DNA of 64,000 nt, taken from Eledone cirrhosa. Taxonomy: Eukaryota. The notes under the pieces are model-generated. The model was given only the letters and a program-made list of their open reading frames with translations, was not told the DNA's origin and ran no database searches. Within the stretch, counting starts at the first letter, position 1. Every line of letters starts with the position of its first letter. Location: assembly GCA_964016885.1 (NCBI GenBank), contig OZ024743.1, forward strand, positions 115,692,001-115,756,000, in the 5' to 3' direction. Shown here piece after piece: positions 11,124 through 24,652 of this stretch. The position numbers were made by a program, and so were the translations under genes.

Positions 11124-13709
11124 ATGGAAAAACAATATTTGGGTACTTTGTTGAAGAATATTCCGATTCCACCTAAAGACGAATATCTAGACTTGCTCAT
11201 ACAAAAAACTAACCAGTTTATTAGGAGAATGCGATGGAGAGCCTATCATTTTGACAACAAAACCAATACAAACGAAAAGAAGTACCGCTATGGATTCAAC
11301 ACATACAAAAATCCCCCTCATATTATTCAACTTGAACATTTTGAGAGCGCCCTACAGAACATAATAAAAAAACATAAAGATCAGGAAACACAAATCTAAA
11401 TTCCAAAAGGGATTAGACTCTACCCTTCTGCAACTGAATAATTCAAACAAGGTCAATGTCCATTCTGACAAAACTGGTAATCTGTACCATATGGATATCG
11501 ATAAATATAACCAGTTCGTTTATAAAGAACTTAGGAAAGACTATTAGAAAACCAGCACCACCGCACTGACATCCTTGAACAACATATCATGTGATGTTGC
11601 AAACAAACTCTATATTGAAGATAGGACGGAGCCTTTCACACCTAAAAGCCCGCACTTCAACTTGAAGGACCACAAATCTGACTTTAATTCGAACCCATCT
11701 ATTAGACTTATATGCCTATCAAAATCTGATATCGGTAATATCAGCAAGAACATTTTTGATCGAATCATTCCGCAGATTAGAAAATTTGTAACACTCCAAT
11801 TATAGGATAACACTTCCCAGATTATTGAATGGTTCACTAACATCTAGAATAAAAACTCAGTTTCATTCATGCAATTCGACATCGATTCTTACTATTCTTC
11901 AATTTCTCCAATTCTCTTAAACAAAGCACTGATCTTCACCAGAAATAGATCGGATATATATACTGAGGAAATCAACATCATAACTTACGCTAGAAAAACC
12001 TTACTAAACTTCCAAGAAGAACACTGGACAAGAAACACATATAACAATTTATTCGATATAACGATGGGATCCATGGACTCTGCTCAAGTTACATACCTCC
12101 TAGGACTATTTCTCCTCTATAATATTCATTCCTCTTTCCCCATCTCATCGGGATGATTATCTATTGATATCTAACAATCTTAGCAATTCTAATATAAAAA
12201 AAAACAAAAATCAAGTAAGAAAATTCCTCAAGGACTATTACAACATTAACATCACCTTTGAAAACACCTCAAAAGTAGCTAACTTTCTTGACGTTGCGTT
12301 AGACCTCTCTCGAATATTTATCAACCTTACCACAAACCCAACCAGAATCTACACTATACTGGCTCTATACTAAAAAACTTAGTATATAACATATCTCTTA
12401 GACTTTCTAAATTATCTTCCAATGGGAATATATTTTATAAAAATGCACCCTTCTACAACGAGTCCCTAACTAGAAGTGGATATAAAGAAAAAATGTCATA
12501 CATCCCAACACTACTATGGACCATACTACAAACACCAAATAATACCATCGAAACAAATGCCTAATGGGGTCATTGCTATCACACCAAACAACCGAGAAAA
12601 CACAACAACTATTACTACACGATATATGACGAATGTTAACAACTCACATATGACTACCAAACTTTCAACCTCTCATAATCTACCCAATAATAACACCAAA
12701 TACAACTACTGCAATTTACCAAATTCCACAAATACAAATACTAAATATAAGAACTCTTCTAGAACACAGCACATTAATATAAGTGGGAATAAGAACTTAA
12801 CTAAAAACCGCAAAAGAAACATAACATGTTACAACGCACCCTTCAACCTGCAAACTATTGGACAAATTCCCCCCAAATTCTTCGAAATTCTACATAAAAA
12901 TGTTCCACCAAACGACAGATACCACCAAATATTTAACACGTATACTGTTAAATTCTCATACTCTACATCCAACAATCTCCAGCAAAAAATAACCAACTTC
13001 AACATTTATAAATTTTAAAATAATATGACCACACCACCACAACATAATTTAAATAAGACTGCACCTTTTAAAAGGACAAATAATACAATCCTTCAACCTG
13101 GAAAACACAACCACCCAAATCACCAACACAAAAACAACATAACACAAAAATTACAATACAACCCCAGCACTAAAGCACCCACAAAGCAACACTCATTCTC
13201 TCTCTAACATTAATTACAATAAGAATAGCTCAAGAATTAATGAAAATTATGTAGGTACCTCCAACAACCATCTTACGTATGGTTGTAATTGCAGGAATAG
13301 AAGCGTTTGCCCATTAAATGAAAACTGTTTGATTAATAATGTAATATATAAATGCACTGTGTCTACTACTAACTCCACCAAATCATATATATGATCTACA
13401 TCGAACACATTTAAGAAAATATATTACGCACACTCCAGTAGCTTTAAAAATACTAAACTAGCTAACAGCACATCTTTAGCTGAGGCAGTAAATAACTATA
13501 AAAAGAAAAAAATAGATTTCAAGTTTTTGTGGGATACCATTCTACAAAAGACTCCATATCTTGGGAACAGGAGAGAATGCAGATTATGTTCCGGGGAGAT
13601 CTTGGAAATTACTAAATCTAAGGACGTTTTATTGAATAAAAGACAGGAACTGATTATAACTTGTAATCACCGTATACGAAAAACATTTAAGTACTATAAA
13701 CCTAATTAA
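11124..13709 (+). pseudogene. PLE RT + GIY-YIG pseudogene
   Basis: KNIPIPP..FIRRMRWRA, SDKTGNLY, FDIDSYYSSI, FDITMGSMDSAQV, FLDV, RKRNITCYNAPF, CNCR..CPL..C..NVIYKC..YI*ST..H, CRLC..E..LLNKRQEL..C.H. The YRDD region is partly deleted here and intact (GGLYRDDC) in the copy near 51410. Confidence 0.9.
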
Positions 13710-13922
13710 ACATTCTAAATAGCAACTGACTATACTTCTATGTGAGATACCATTTGTTAGTATACCCTCCCCTAATTATACGCCTTCCTGTTTATTTTTT
13801 TATTTTTTAACCTTTTAATTTTTTAGCTTCCATAGATTCATGCGTTACTGACTAAGGACATCAAGGTACATAACCACCTGTAATTGCATGGGTATACATG
13901 TATATATGTATGTATGATAAGA

Positions 13923-13982
<60 letters not shown>

Positions 13983-14065
13983 ATATATGTATGTATGTAT
14001 ATGTGTATGTGTGTATATATGTGTATGTACTATGTATGTGTGTGTACATGTATATATGTACGTAT

Positions 14066-14155
<90 letters not shown>

Positions 14156-14904
14156 ATGTTTGAGTGCGTGTATGTATGTATATGTATATGTTTATATCTA
14201 TGTATGCGTATGTATGTTTTTAATGGAGAATCAGTTTAATTATACATCTATATATGTGAATATATGTACTTTTGTGATCTAAGAAAATTATGCGTTTTGA
14301 CTATATGTCAACATGCATCTATTATAGTTTGAATACTTATACATGGACCCACTTGAAAATGTTTATTATTTTAATTTTTATGATGCTTCGTAGGCTATAT
14401 TATACTATATACAATGTACCATGCTGTACTATATTATATTACATTATATTATATTATTATATTATTATATTTTATTATCTTATTATAATTTTCATCTTTT
14501 AATATACTATCCTTCCTAGTTATGACCATTATTTTACCTATCTATACTTATCCTAGTTATTTCTGTATATTTTATATTAACTTATTTATATTCACCTAAA
14601 CATTCCATACAACAGAACTGAACATTTAATTTTTACATTCCTTTTTCAACGTCACTCCACCATCTACATTCCACTATCAATATAACAATCCCTTCTCTTT
14701 TCATCATTGATTTTATAGTAATTTTTTTTTAACACCATTCAACCATTCCTTTCAAAGGGTCATGACTTCAACTAAATTGAGTTATATTTCATCTTAGCAT
14801 CATATGGCAAAAAACCATTTTATTGGTTTGTTCTTCAGCTACCTCCAAATAAGGTCATACAACTCAATCTACTATTGATTTTGAATAACATTTTCATTGC
14901 TTTT

Positions 14905-15035
14905 GACAATGCCTGATGATATACACGTAGGTAAATATATTCCTTATTTGATATTTTGCAACTAACCCTACATAGATCGATAACGAAATATTCGTACGAT
15001 GTATTATTATCACCTAGAAACGATCGTAAAGCCGT
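14905..15035 (+). ncRNA. Hammerhead-like motif with ~97-nt stem-II region in PLE 3' pLTR (stem I degenerate)
   Basis: CTGATGA (14913)..taggt..accta GAAA CGATCG TA aagccgt. The paralog at ~54325 supplies the complementary acggctt. Confidence 0.5.
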
Positions 15036-15252
15036 CAAGTATATTTCTAATGACTTGAATTTTTATTTCATTGTTTTAACTTATATCATGACTCTGCTTT
15101 CCCTTTGATGTTTTCCGGGATTTATTTTAACCTACAACATTTTCAACATATGGATTACATTGAGTTCTTGATGCAGACTAGACACCACAACTAACCGTGG
15201 ATTTTCTGTGTATATATATATATATGTGTGTGTTTGTGTGTTTGTGTGTGTG

Positions 15253-15384
<132 letters not shown>

Positions 15385-15424
15385 TGTGCGTGCGTGCGTG
15401 CGTGTGTGTGTGTGTGTGTTTGTA

Positions 15425-15865
15425 AAAGGTAAACAGAAATAACAACACAATCGGTACAGTATATGGATGAGATATATTAGGTTAACGCTTGATATAGCAG
15501 GCAGAGGGTCTTAATGTTTCGGACGCTAGTCCTTCATCAGAAGACAGAATGAGAAATAAGATAGATTGAGGGGACGAGCGGGAGGGAACTGGAAAAAATG
15601 TCTTTAGATAAAAATAACACGTCCATTCATGTTGACATCTCTTGCTCTGCTAAGAGTATTGCAATCATTCTGAGAAGAATTGTTTCACCTTAGCGGATCT
15701 TCAGCTCAGACTCTCTATATATTTCAGTCTGAGCTGAAGATCCTGTAAGGTCAAACAATTGTTCTTAGTATGCTGAACTAACTGTTGTGTTAATATTTCT
15801 ACCAAACTCGTCTCATCGACTGAGTGGTCTACCACTACAGATATTAACTTCCAATGTTCTAGCCC
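15425..15865 (-). mobile_element. Degenerate PLE-like 3' end next to (TG)n; terminal ~75 bp also at 681-754
   Basis: Shared terminus ..tattaggttaacgcttgatatagc; weak GIY-YIG-like remnant (VDETS..L..Q..QH); carries a hammerhead motif. Confidence 0.5.
15508..15545 (-). ncRNA. Ultra-minimal type-I hammerhead candidate
   Basis: GUCUU-CUGAUGA-A-GGAC(uagc)GUCC-GAAA-ca-UU-AAGAC; perfect stems I and II. Confidence 0.65.
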
Positions 15866-15876
15866 CTCTCTGTCTC

Positions 15877-15970
<94 letters not shown>

Positions 15971-16051
15971 ACCAAGGAAATGTGGTAAGGAACCAGGTGG
16001 ACCATAACGCACCAGAGTACTCAATACTTAGGGTAGTAGAGTGGGTTATAG

Positions 16052-16164
16052 GAAAATGTTCAAGACCCCGACAGCAGAGCTCAAGCCGTTACGGCGGCTA
16101 TTTCTGAGTCCAGAAATAGCCGTCTGAACGGCTTGAGCTCTGCCGTCGTGGTCTTGAACCTTTC
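16052..16164. repeat. GC-rich imperfect palindrome formed from a dispersed repeat also at ~57420-57556
   Basis: gttcaagacc..ggctatttctg(agtc)cagaaatagcc..ggtcttgaac. 15972-16050 is the reverse complement of 57478-57556. Confidence 0.85.
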
Positions 16165-17839
16165 ATATATATATATATATATATATGCATATAAGAACGT
16201 TGATAAAGTTTTGTTTATTTATATCAGGAATTTAAACAAAGAAACTGTTTACAAGAGAATATATTATTTAGCAATATTATGGCTTCTCTGTATATCAACA
16301 ATTTATATCAAGGCTTCGAACGTGACAATTTAGCCGAAAATTTATATGAAATTTGAATCAAAATGTTCCATTGCATTTGATATATTTCTTTACCTAAGAA
16401 GGCCGATATCCATTAATCCATGAATAACGATATTCAATTGGTTATCTTCTCATGAAAATATGTTTATACCTTTTGTTACATACATCCTTCGTTATATTAC
16501 CCATAAACGTGTCATGTGACAATGTTAAACTTTGGAATATGGTTACTGATCCCAAATTCCATCGAATTGATTCATAATTTCATTCAAAAATAGATATTTC
16601 TTTACCCATAAAAGAAAGATTTTATGACATCCATGAAAATTATGCATTACCGTCTTGCAATATATTGGTTGATTAAATTGATAGTCAAGTGCTGTGCTTT
16701 GCAATATGATCTTTTACATTCTGTGTTCAAATCGTTTCTAAGTTAAATTTAACTTACATTTTTGCGTCAAGTATTGGCGTGGATATAATCAATTATATTA
16801 CTTTCTTAAATGTGCGGTGTTATACCTGTCTAAAAAATCGTAATTACGGAATAACCAATAGGCAAACCTGTCTAACATACGAGCATATGCAACATGTAAT
16901 AAGCTAAAGGAGGATTTTAAAAACAGGGCAGTATTATTATAAAAGCGAATAATAACAAAACATATTTGTAAATCATATTCTGCAACGGTAATAGATCTAT
17001 TAGGAATATTTCCAGATATCTATTAATTCAGATCTGATATCTACATATTTTATCATATTCTTCAAAACACCGTACGATAAAAATGGTGGTTGGTTTATTG
17101 TTTGAGCACTCTTGATCATAGATGGTCAAAATCGGATCTGAATAATTCTTACAGGATTGAAACTAATAATATGTAATACGATATAACGGCATTGGTGCAG
17201 CTGGAAGCAAGAATACAATCTCAAGTGTTTACATGCTGATAATATCCACCATCTCATCGAGACTTCTTATTAAAAGAAGAAAGCAAAACACACCAGTTTA
17301 GAATAAATCATTTCCAAAGACAACAAATAACTAACATAAGTAATGTACGAAAAGAGGGGGGGGGGATGTACAGACGATGTTTTGAAGAGATAGAAAATTT
17401 AAACACGTTAGATTGTTGTGTAAATATCTTGAGCTTAATTTAAGGTTTAGAACATTAATTAGAGTCTCATTGCATTGGGATTACTTTTGCATGATTCTGA
17501 TGATTAATGCTGTGTTTGATTTATTACCTTTTCGCTATATTCTGTTCAATAGAGCACTCGGTTTGAGAGACTTATCGACAGTGCTACAAAACAAATAAAT
17601 CTATGCTTGCATGAAAGGCAAGGCATATATTTTGATTGCAAATGTGTGTGCAGCATCTATATAAACATTGAAACGAGGAACACCCACATTGGCACACACA
17701 CACTGAGACACTCACACATATTTATTTATACGTACGCGCCCTTGAATTTATACGGCTAATAACATATTATGAAGCATATATATATATGTGTGTGTGCGTG
17801 TGTGTGTGTGTATACGTGTGTGTATATATGTGTGTGTGT

Positions 17840-17933
<94 letters not shown>

Positions 17934-18789
17934 TACAAAATGGAAGAAGAGCAAACAGGAAAAGGAATCAGCTAAGTAACCCATCATTTTACGGTAGTTT
18001 CATAGAACAAAACAATCAATGTCAGCTATGTAACTCCATTTTGCCCGCCTTAATGAAAAACATTCTATTCTGCTGTTTATTCTCAAAAGAAATTAGAAAA
18101 TATGAATACCAGATGAGCGTTGAAAAAATAACATAAAACCAGTCTGAGACATATCACACGTTGAACAAATTATTACATAATACAATGACGTCTTCTTAAC
18201 TTATCTGTTAGAACACGAAAAGTGTGAAACACAGAATGTTCACTTTTCGTGTTCTAACATATATGCCTAGCTTCTTTAAAAATTTTTCGGGGATAGCCGT
18301 GGTGGTGGTGATCGTATGTCATTGGCTAATTTTCAACCAATCAGAGTACCTCTCTCTATATCTCTTCCACTGTTACTTACGCCTGTTTCTCTCTATCTGT
18401 TCCGTCTCTATATATATCTCTTACTCTTTCGCTTTGCACTCCTCCCCTTCAATACCATCTCTCCCCCTCTCTATATATTTGTTACTCTATCGCTGCACGC
18501 TCCTCTCCTTCAATATATCAATTACACACGCTTTACACTCCTTTATCCCCAGCGCCCCTATATATACACCCCCCTCTCCCGCATCTATATTTTAATGTAC
18601 CGTTGCACCGTGAATATATGTGTCTATATATATATACATATATATTGTATATACACATTCATGTATGTGTATACACATTCATGTATGTATATACACTGGT
18701 TTTATGTGTGTATTGTAAATTTGTACTGTTAAAACACGAAACTAACATTCGATTGACACTTTGATTACCTGTACAGGCAATAGTTATTA

Positions 18790-18836
18790 GAATGCTGTTG
18801 AAGTGTGTATATATTTTTGGGGGACATCCTGTATAT
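18790..18836 (-). mobile_element. Possible Tc1/mariner-type terminal inverted repeat remnant
   Basis: Reverse complement reads TAcaggatgtcccccaaaa, resembling Tc1-type ends; partner end not found. Confidence 0.3.
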
Positions 18837-19602
18837 ACACACATTATATATAATACAATAAACAGATAAATACACACATATATATATGAGCTTATTTAAT
18901 TATAAATATTGTGAATTTTTAACTCAGTTCAATTATATATATAAATGGCTTCTACAGGACTAGAACTGTTTCATTCGAAAGAAATCATCATAATATTGAG
19001 AGGGGGGACTAGATAAAATATTTCAAATCAAATGTGTATAAGTTATAAGTTAAAATGTATAAATAGAGACGATAGTGGAGGTATATCTGTTTAGTGGAAC
19101 AGTAGACGATAGAATTAAATACAGACGATAATCTCCCTTTAATGAAACAGCAGACGATAGAATTAAGGCAATTTAAATTTTAAGCATTTGCATTTTTGCC
19201 TTTCATCGTTACGGGGTCGATAAAATAAAGTACCAGTAATACACTGTCACTAGACGACTTTCAAATTGAATTGTTGGTTCCATTTCTTTAGTATTTTCAA
19301 TTGTAGTTATCTACTTAAAAAGCGTTACACGGTTAGAGACATAATTCGTAAGTTATATCTTCCCTATTAAACCATTGCATTATTTCGCCTACAATAGAAC
19401 AAAAATGAAATGTTCTTTAAAGAAACAGGAATATAACTTTATAAAAAAAAAAGTTGCATCCGCTTCTTTTATCATTGATAATTTTTTCGTTTTAATATTA
19501 ATTGTTTTTTGTAGTTGTTTATATTAAAAATCTTACTGTAATATTTACTTAAACGAAGGCAAACATCTAAACTTATAGATTAATCTTGAGCGAAGGACTA
19601 GA

Positions 19603-19699
<97 letters not shown>

Positions 19700-20074
19700 G
19701 AAGAATGATAAAATTTCAAGCAAAGAGTTTAATTAGGTATATTTTGTAATATTATTAACTAATTATTATAATTAACGCGCATATTTTGCTATCCTCAAAC
19801 ACGTTTACACATGGCATGAAATATAACTAATCCGAGATGGCTAGGTTTCATCTTCTAACTGGATAAACGAAATCCATTATGTCTTGACAACAACATGAGG
19901 TAACATTATGTTATTCACAGACACACTTTGTACACTGTTCCATATCAGACTGTATTTCCTTCGTCACATTCACAAACAGTATTGAAAATATGTTCTTCGG
20001 CAAATAAAAATGTTTTGTTCATAATATTTCAACTAGCGATTGCTCTACTTCACGCACGACCACCATAAATTAAT

Positions 20075-20265
20075 GACCAGCTCAACACAAGTATTGGTAG
20101 AGCGTCAGACACCATGCTTTGCAGTATTGTTATGGTCCTTTGCATTCTAAGTTCAAATCCTGCCGAGGTTAACTTCGACTTTCATACTTACTAATTCGAT
20201 AAAATAAAGTACCAGTAATGGACTGCCGTAATGGATTTGTGCCGAAAAATAGAAACACTATTAAT
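20075..20265 (+). mobile_element. tRNA-derived SINE, degenerate
   Basis: gtattggtagagcgtcagacaccatgc..gttcaaatcctgccgaggttaac..gataaaataaagtaccag matches the copy at 40861. Confidence 0.8.
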
Positions 20266-20813
20266 GTGCAATAAGAGCAAAATATAACGACATTGCTCAA
20301 TTATTTTATCTAATGTTGTAATAACACAAGGAAATGTTGTTTGTGTATTTTTTTTTATATTTGCTCATAGGCTTTTACAATTTCGCTCAGCCAACAACTA
20401 TTAAAAAGTGAGTTGCTTAAGATAACAATTTAATCACAAATTGTTGCTATCTTTTAATACACTCCAACAAGTCATCAAATTATGTACAATAAAAACAAAT
20501 CTTATTAATTTGCTCAGGGAATATAAAGAAAATGTATATACACTGATAATTGCAAATGTATGTAAATATTTTGTTTTTGTATTGTATATTTTATGTTTTC
20601 TATTATGTATAATATATTGATTTAATATTGATTGTTTTTTGTAGTTGTTTATATTAAAAGTCTGAAAATATTTTTATACATCTTACACTAATATTTATAA
20701 GATAATTTATAATAACAATTACATAATCTAATTACATTACAACGATAATTTATTATTAATATATATCCTGTTTAACTAGAGTTATTACAAGCGTTGCCTT
20801 AAAAAAATATTAA

Positions 20814-21771
20814 ACTAGACATGAAAAATGCGCAAGCTCAAAAGTGCCACAGAATGTTATAATAAACCTTCAAAAGTGTGGGACTAGAGTTGTTGCTAAA
20901 AAATATTGTAATCATTATATATCGTACATTCTGTGGCATCCTTTATAAAAAATAGCTTAAACCAACGAAGCCTTTATTTTTACGCTATTTCACTTAGTTA
21001 ATTCTTAGAGTGTAACATATAAAAATAAATACATCTATGTTTAATGTAATAACAGCTATAAATAATTACGTAATATCATTATCATATACTCATAGTAACA
21101 AAATAATTGTGTTGAAACTTAATATGATGCTTATATGAACGATCAAATCTATAATGATAATTTCTTAAATATACTAATAGTAAAATAATTTAGTTATCTA
21201 TTGTTACATTTTCATAGAACTATAATATTAACAATCGTATTGCATTATCAAATTTTTATCACTACAAACTTTCATATTGGAATTACCTTAAGCCACTTAT
21301 TATTACTTCGCTTTCGTACTTTTACAGCTGTAGATATTGCGCTGTATCTTATATCTAATATCAATATCTCGTGGTAATTTGCATGAAGTGTAAAATAGGT
21401 TTATTAATAACTTTAATATGAAATGTATTATACAGGGCTGCGGAGTCGGTCAAAAATTGACTGGCTCCAACTCAGGATCCGATACTCCATTATTTCCTAA
21501 ATTTCAGCTCCGCAGCTCTGTTATTATATTAATTAATTTATTTTATAGTTGTAAATCATATTTTTATATGTTACACTCTAAGAATTAACTAAGTGAAATA
21601 GCGTAAAAATAAAGGCTTCGTTGGTTTAAGCTATTTTTATAAAGGATGCCACAGAATGTACGATATATAATGATTACAATATTTTTTAGCAACAACTCTA
21701 GTCCCACACTTTTGAAGGTTTATTATAACATTCTGTGGCACTTTTGAGCTTGCGCATTTTTCATGTCTAGT
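20814..21771. mobile_element. Long-TIR foldback element: near-perfect ~214-bp inverted arms (20814-21027 / 21559-21771) around an AT-rich spacer
   Basis: Arms appear to differ by one base in a homopolymer; termini ACTAG..CTAGT. Confidence 0.8.
21433..21520. mobile_element. hAT-type MITE remnant
   Basis: Termini cagggctgcggag..ctccgcagctctg; flanks gtattata / ttattata (7/8 match of an 8-bp TSD). Confidence 0.7.
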
Positions 21772-21844
21772 ATATATATATATCTTACAAATACATAATG
21801 CTCTTGTGTTTTTGTACGTCATGCAGAAGGAGGCAACTCATCTA

Positions 21845-22185
21845 CTACTTACTACTACTACTACTTTGACATTAAACTCTGCCAGTTGCAAAATGCGCAT
21901 ATACATGAGATAATTTTCTCCATAAATTTCGATCACCAACAGCAGAGTTTAAAGGGCAAAGATCAAGTCCAGTCCATAGGTTGATATTATCAACCCATTG
22001 TTTTGGCTGCCGGCCTCTGCTTCTATTACTAGCCAACTTTCCTTCCAGGCATAACCTACTCACACCACGAGTTGAATCTTTTTCTTTAAACTCTGCTGTT
22101 GGTGATCGGACTTAGTAGAGAAAAATATCTCATGTTGATGCGCAGTCTGCATCTCGCGGAGCTTAGAGTCAATGTAGTAGTGCGT
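21845..22185 (-). mobile_element. RTE-clade LINE 3' fragment with (TAG)n tail, plus inverted partial copy at ~22085-22185
   Basis: LEGKLASNRSRGRQPKQWVDNI..WTG..DRNLWR is a typical RTE C-terminus. Confidence 0.75.
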
Positions 22186-22899
22186 AGGTAATACTTATTT
22201 TTAACTAGCTTTCTTAGATTGGCTACACTTTTATGAATGTATATGTGTGTGTGTGTGTGAGTGTTTGTGTGCGTGAGTGTATGTGTGCGAGTGTGTGTGT
22301 GTGTGTGAGTATTTTTGTGTGTGTGTATGTATGTGTGTGTGTGACTGCATGTGTGTGAGTGTACGTGTGTGTGTGTGTATATATGTTGTCCAGGGAGACA
22401 AGTTCCTAGCAATATCGAAATAAATTAGAATATACAACGACCACAGTTGAAAGGTATATACAAATGCACATCTACCCCCTAGCCATCATTTGTTACGGCA
22501 CAGGGTCAGCTAGGATATATATAATTGTTTCTACTTTAGGCACAAGGCCAGCAATTACCCAGTGCATTACTGGATATATATAATTAGGATATATATAATA
22601 ACTAACAAATAATTTTATCGCTCTACATGGCTGAATACAAGAAATGTAAATCTGAGCTTTTCGAATATCAATAATGGTTTCTTATATAGGCACAAGGCGT
22701 GCAATTTTGGGAGAGGGGAAAGTCTCCTCGATTCATTTGCAATTATGCAAACAGCCTCTGTAAGCCATGTAAGTAGAATGACGCCTCATTCTTGGTCTTG
22801 TGTTGGCATATATGTTAAAGTTTTGTCAGCATCAGGATTGTTAGCACTTTCTGAATATTTTCCATACATAGGCTTTAATTCTTAGCCAGTTTCTTTAGT

Positions 22900-23470
22900 A
22901 GTTCGTTCTTTTCGGGTACTTTAACCTGCTTTGCTTTTTCTGTGTTTTTCATTTCAGCAGTAAAGGGAACTTCTGTACATAATAATAGACACAGCTCGGG
23001 AATTTACTGTACTTATGACATTCCTACTATTTAGAGGTGATTTTAATATTTCCTTACTCTCCTTAATCATTCAGATCTTATCAATTCCTTTATTGTATTG
23101 TTCTTGATGTCATATACCTCAAGAACACCCAAATATTTATCCCTTTTCAGTGTTGATTTATTTTATTATCTCACCCTTTGGTACCTGGATTCCATTTATC
23201 CTGTTCAATTTACTCCACTTCATCACTAGGATTGAACACATATTAAGACCAAATTCCATACATATATCATTGCTGAAAATACGGACAGTGTTAACAAGTA
23301 ACAAGTACATCCAACTCCTTTTCGCTTTTCCCATCGAGTTCTATATCGTCCATGAAGAGGAGGTGGCTGTGGTACGCTCTCCTCTTCCCAGCTTGTATCC
23401 TGCTTTCACTTTTCGCAATATGAGGGTTAAGGGTATGATGGTAAGGACAAACAGCAAAGGGGACAAACTA
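22900..23470 (-). mobile_element. R4/Dong RT fragment
   Basis: DSLSPLLFVLTIIPLTLIL..GY..HLLFMDD..FSNDICMEFGLNMC..KYLGVLE; 5' junction abuts (TAA)n. Confidence 0.8.
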
Positions 23471-23509
23471 TCTTATTATTATTATTATCATAATTATTAT
23501 TTTTTTTAT

Positions 23510-24385
23510 TTTTAGTCTCAGTCATTGATGTTATTTAACTGGAAAGTTTGTTGAAATGAATATCAAGCCACTACCTGCAGCCTCAGATATTCAGGACGTA
23601 TCGGAGGGTTCTTGCTGTCTCCAGCAAGCATTCCTTTTGAATTGTTCCAAAAAGCTGGGCGGGACTATTTTTCTTGAACCATCCTTCGAACCTCTTTGAG
23701 ATAGTAACGAGTGCGCCTATGACAATCGGGACCACTTTGACTTCGTGGCAGTTCTAAATCTGTTGTACCTCCCACTTTAAGTCCTGGTATCGGTTACTTT
23801 TCTCCCTCTCCTTCCCTTGCACTCTCGTGTCAAATTGGCAGTCCACATCCACAATCAGGCACGATCGTTTTTCCTTGTCCAAAACCACCAGGTCAGGTCT
23901 ATTGTGTTCCAGTTTCTTGTCCGTCTGTATCCGAAAATCCCACAGCACCTTCACCTGATCGTTTTATATCACCGACTCTGGCTTATGCTAATACCACTTC
24001 TCAGAATGTGGTAAATTGTTTACTTTGCATAGGTGCCAGTGGATCACCCTGCCCATCACATCATGTCTCCAGCCTTTATAGTGAGTCTGGGCTAGGTATT
24101 TACACTCGGATACAATGTTAGAAACAGTCTCCTCTCTCTCTCTCCACAGATCCTACACAGTGGGTGGGCTAGCCTCCTCCTTGTAAATATGGTGTTTCAC
24201 GCACTTCGTTTTGAGGGCGCCTGCTCTTGTGCAACCATTAGCATTCCTTCTGTAGCCTGTTTAAGGTCTCCTTTTTCAACCAGTTCCATGTCTGTGGATC
24301 ACTAAATTCAGTTTTCTCAAAGAAGGTACCATGAAGGGATTTTTCCTGAAGGTTGCTCTTCCTCCTTGTTGTTATTTCCTCCTTA
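23510..24385 (-). mobile_element. R4/Dong 3' fragment (CCHC + RLE)
   Basis: KSLHG..WL..TEG..AQEQA..RICG..ETV..EC..RHD..IHW..KVLWDFRIQTDKKLEHNRPDLVV..VVPIVIGAL; (TAA)n on both sides. Confidence 0.9.
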
Positions 24386-24387
24386 TG

Positions 24388-24435
<48 letters not shown>

Positions 24436-24437
<2 letters not shown>

Positions 24438-24482
24438 CTTTGCCTTTCATCCTTACGTTATTTCCTTGTTGTTATTTCCTCC

Positions 24483-24528
<46 letters not shown>

Positions 24529-24605
24529 ATAAAGTACCAGTAATGAACTGGGTAATTGCTGGCCTTGTGCCTAAAGTAGAAACAATTATTATTATTAGTA
24601 TTATT

Positions 24606-24652
<47 letters not shown>

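Larger units (their letters stand above)
10420..15205 (+). mobile_element. Naiad-like Penelope-like element with direct pseudo-LTRs (~10420-11025 and ~14335-15205)
   Basis: Terminal direct repeats start acttatacatggacccacttgaaaatg and end ..ccacaactaaccgtggatttt. Internal RT plus C-terminal GIY-YIG. Clade assignment is from remembered motif similarity. Confidence 0.88.

Noticed and set aside
13392-13394. TGA as selenocysteine
   Set aside because: Aligns to the Gly of YIG (GGA>TGA), not a Cys; other stops are TAG/TAA; no SECIS identified by eye. Kept only as a shared-lesion finding.
16980-17290. Higher-complexity unique sequence as a host exon (also 1380-1700, 26400-26700)
   Set aside because: No sustained frame or recognisable motif.
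18945-18995. Hammerhead-like motif on the minus strand (atgatga..gaaacagttcta)
   Set aside because: Core C missing and stems not supportable.
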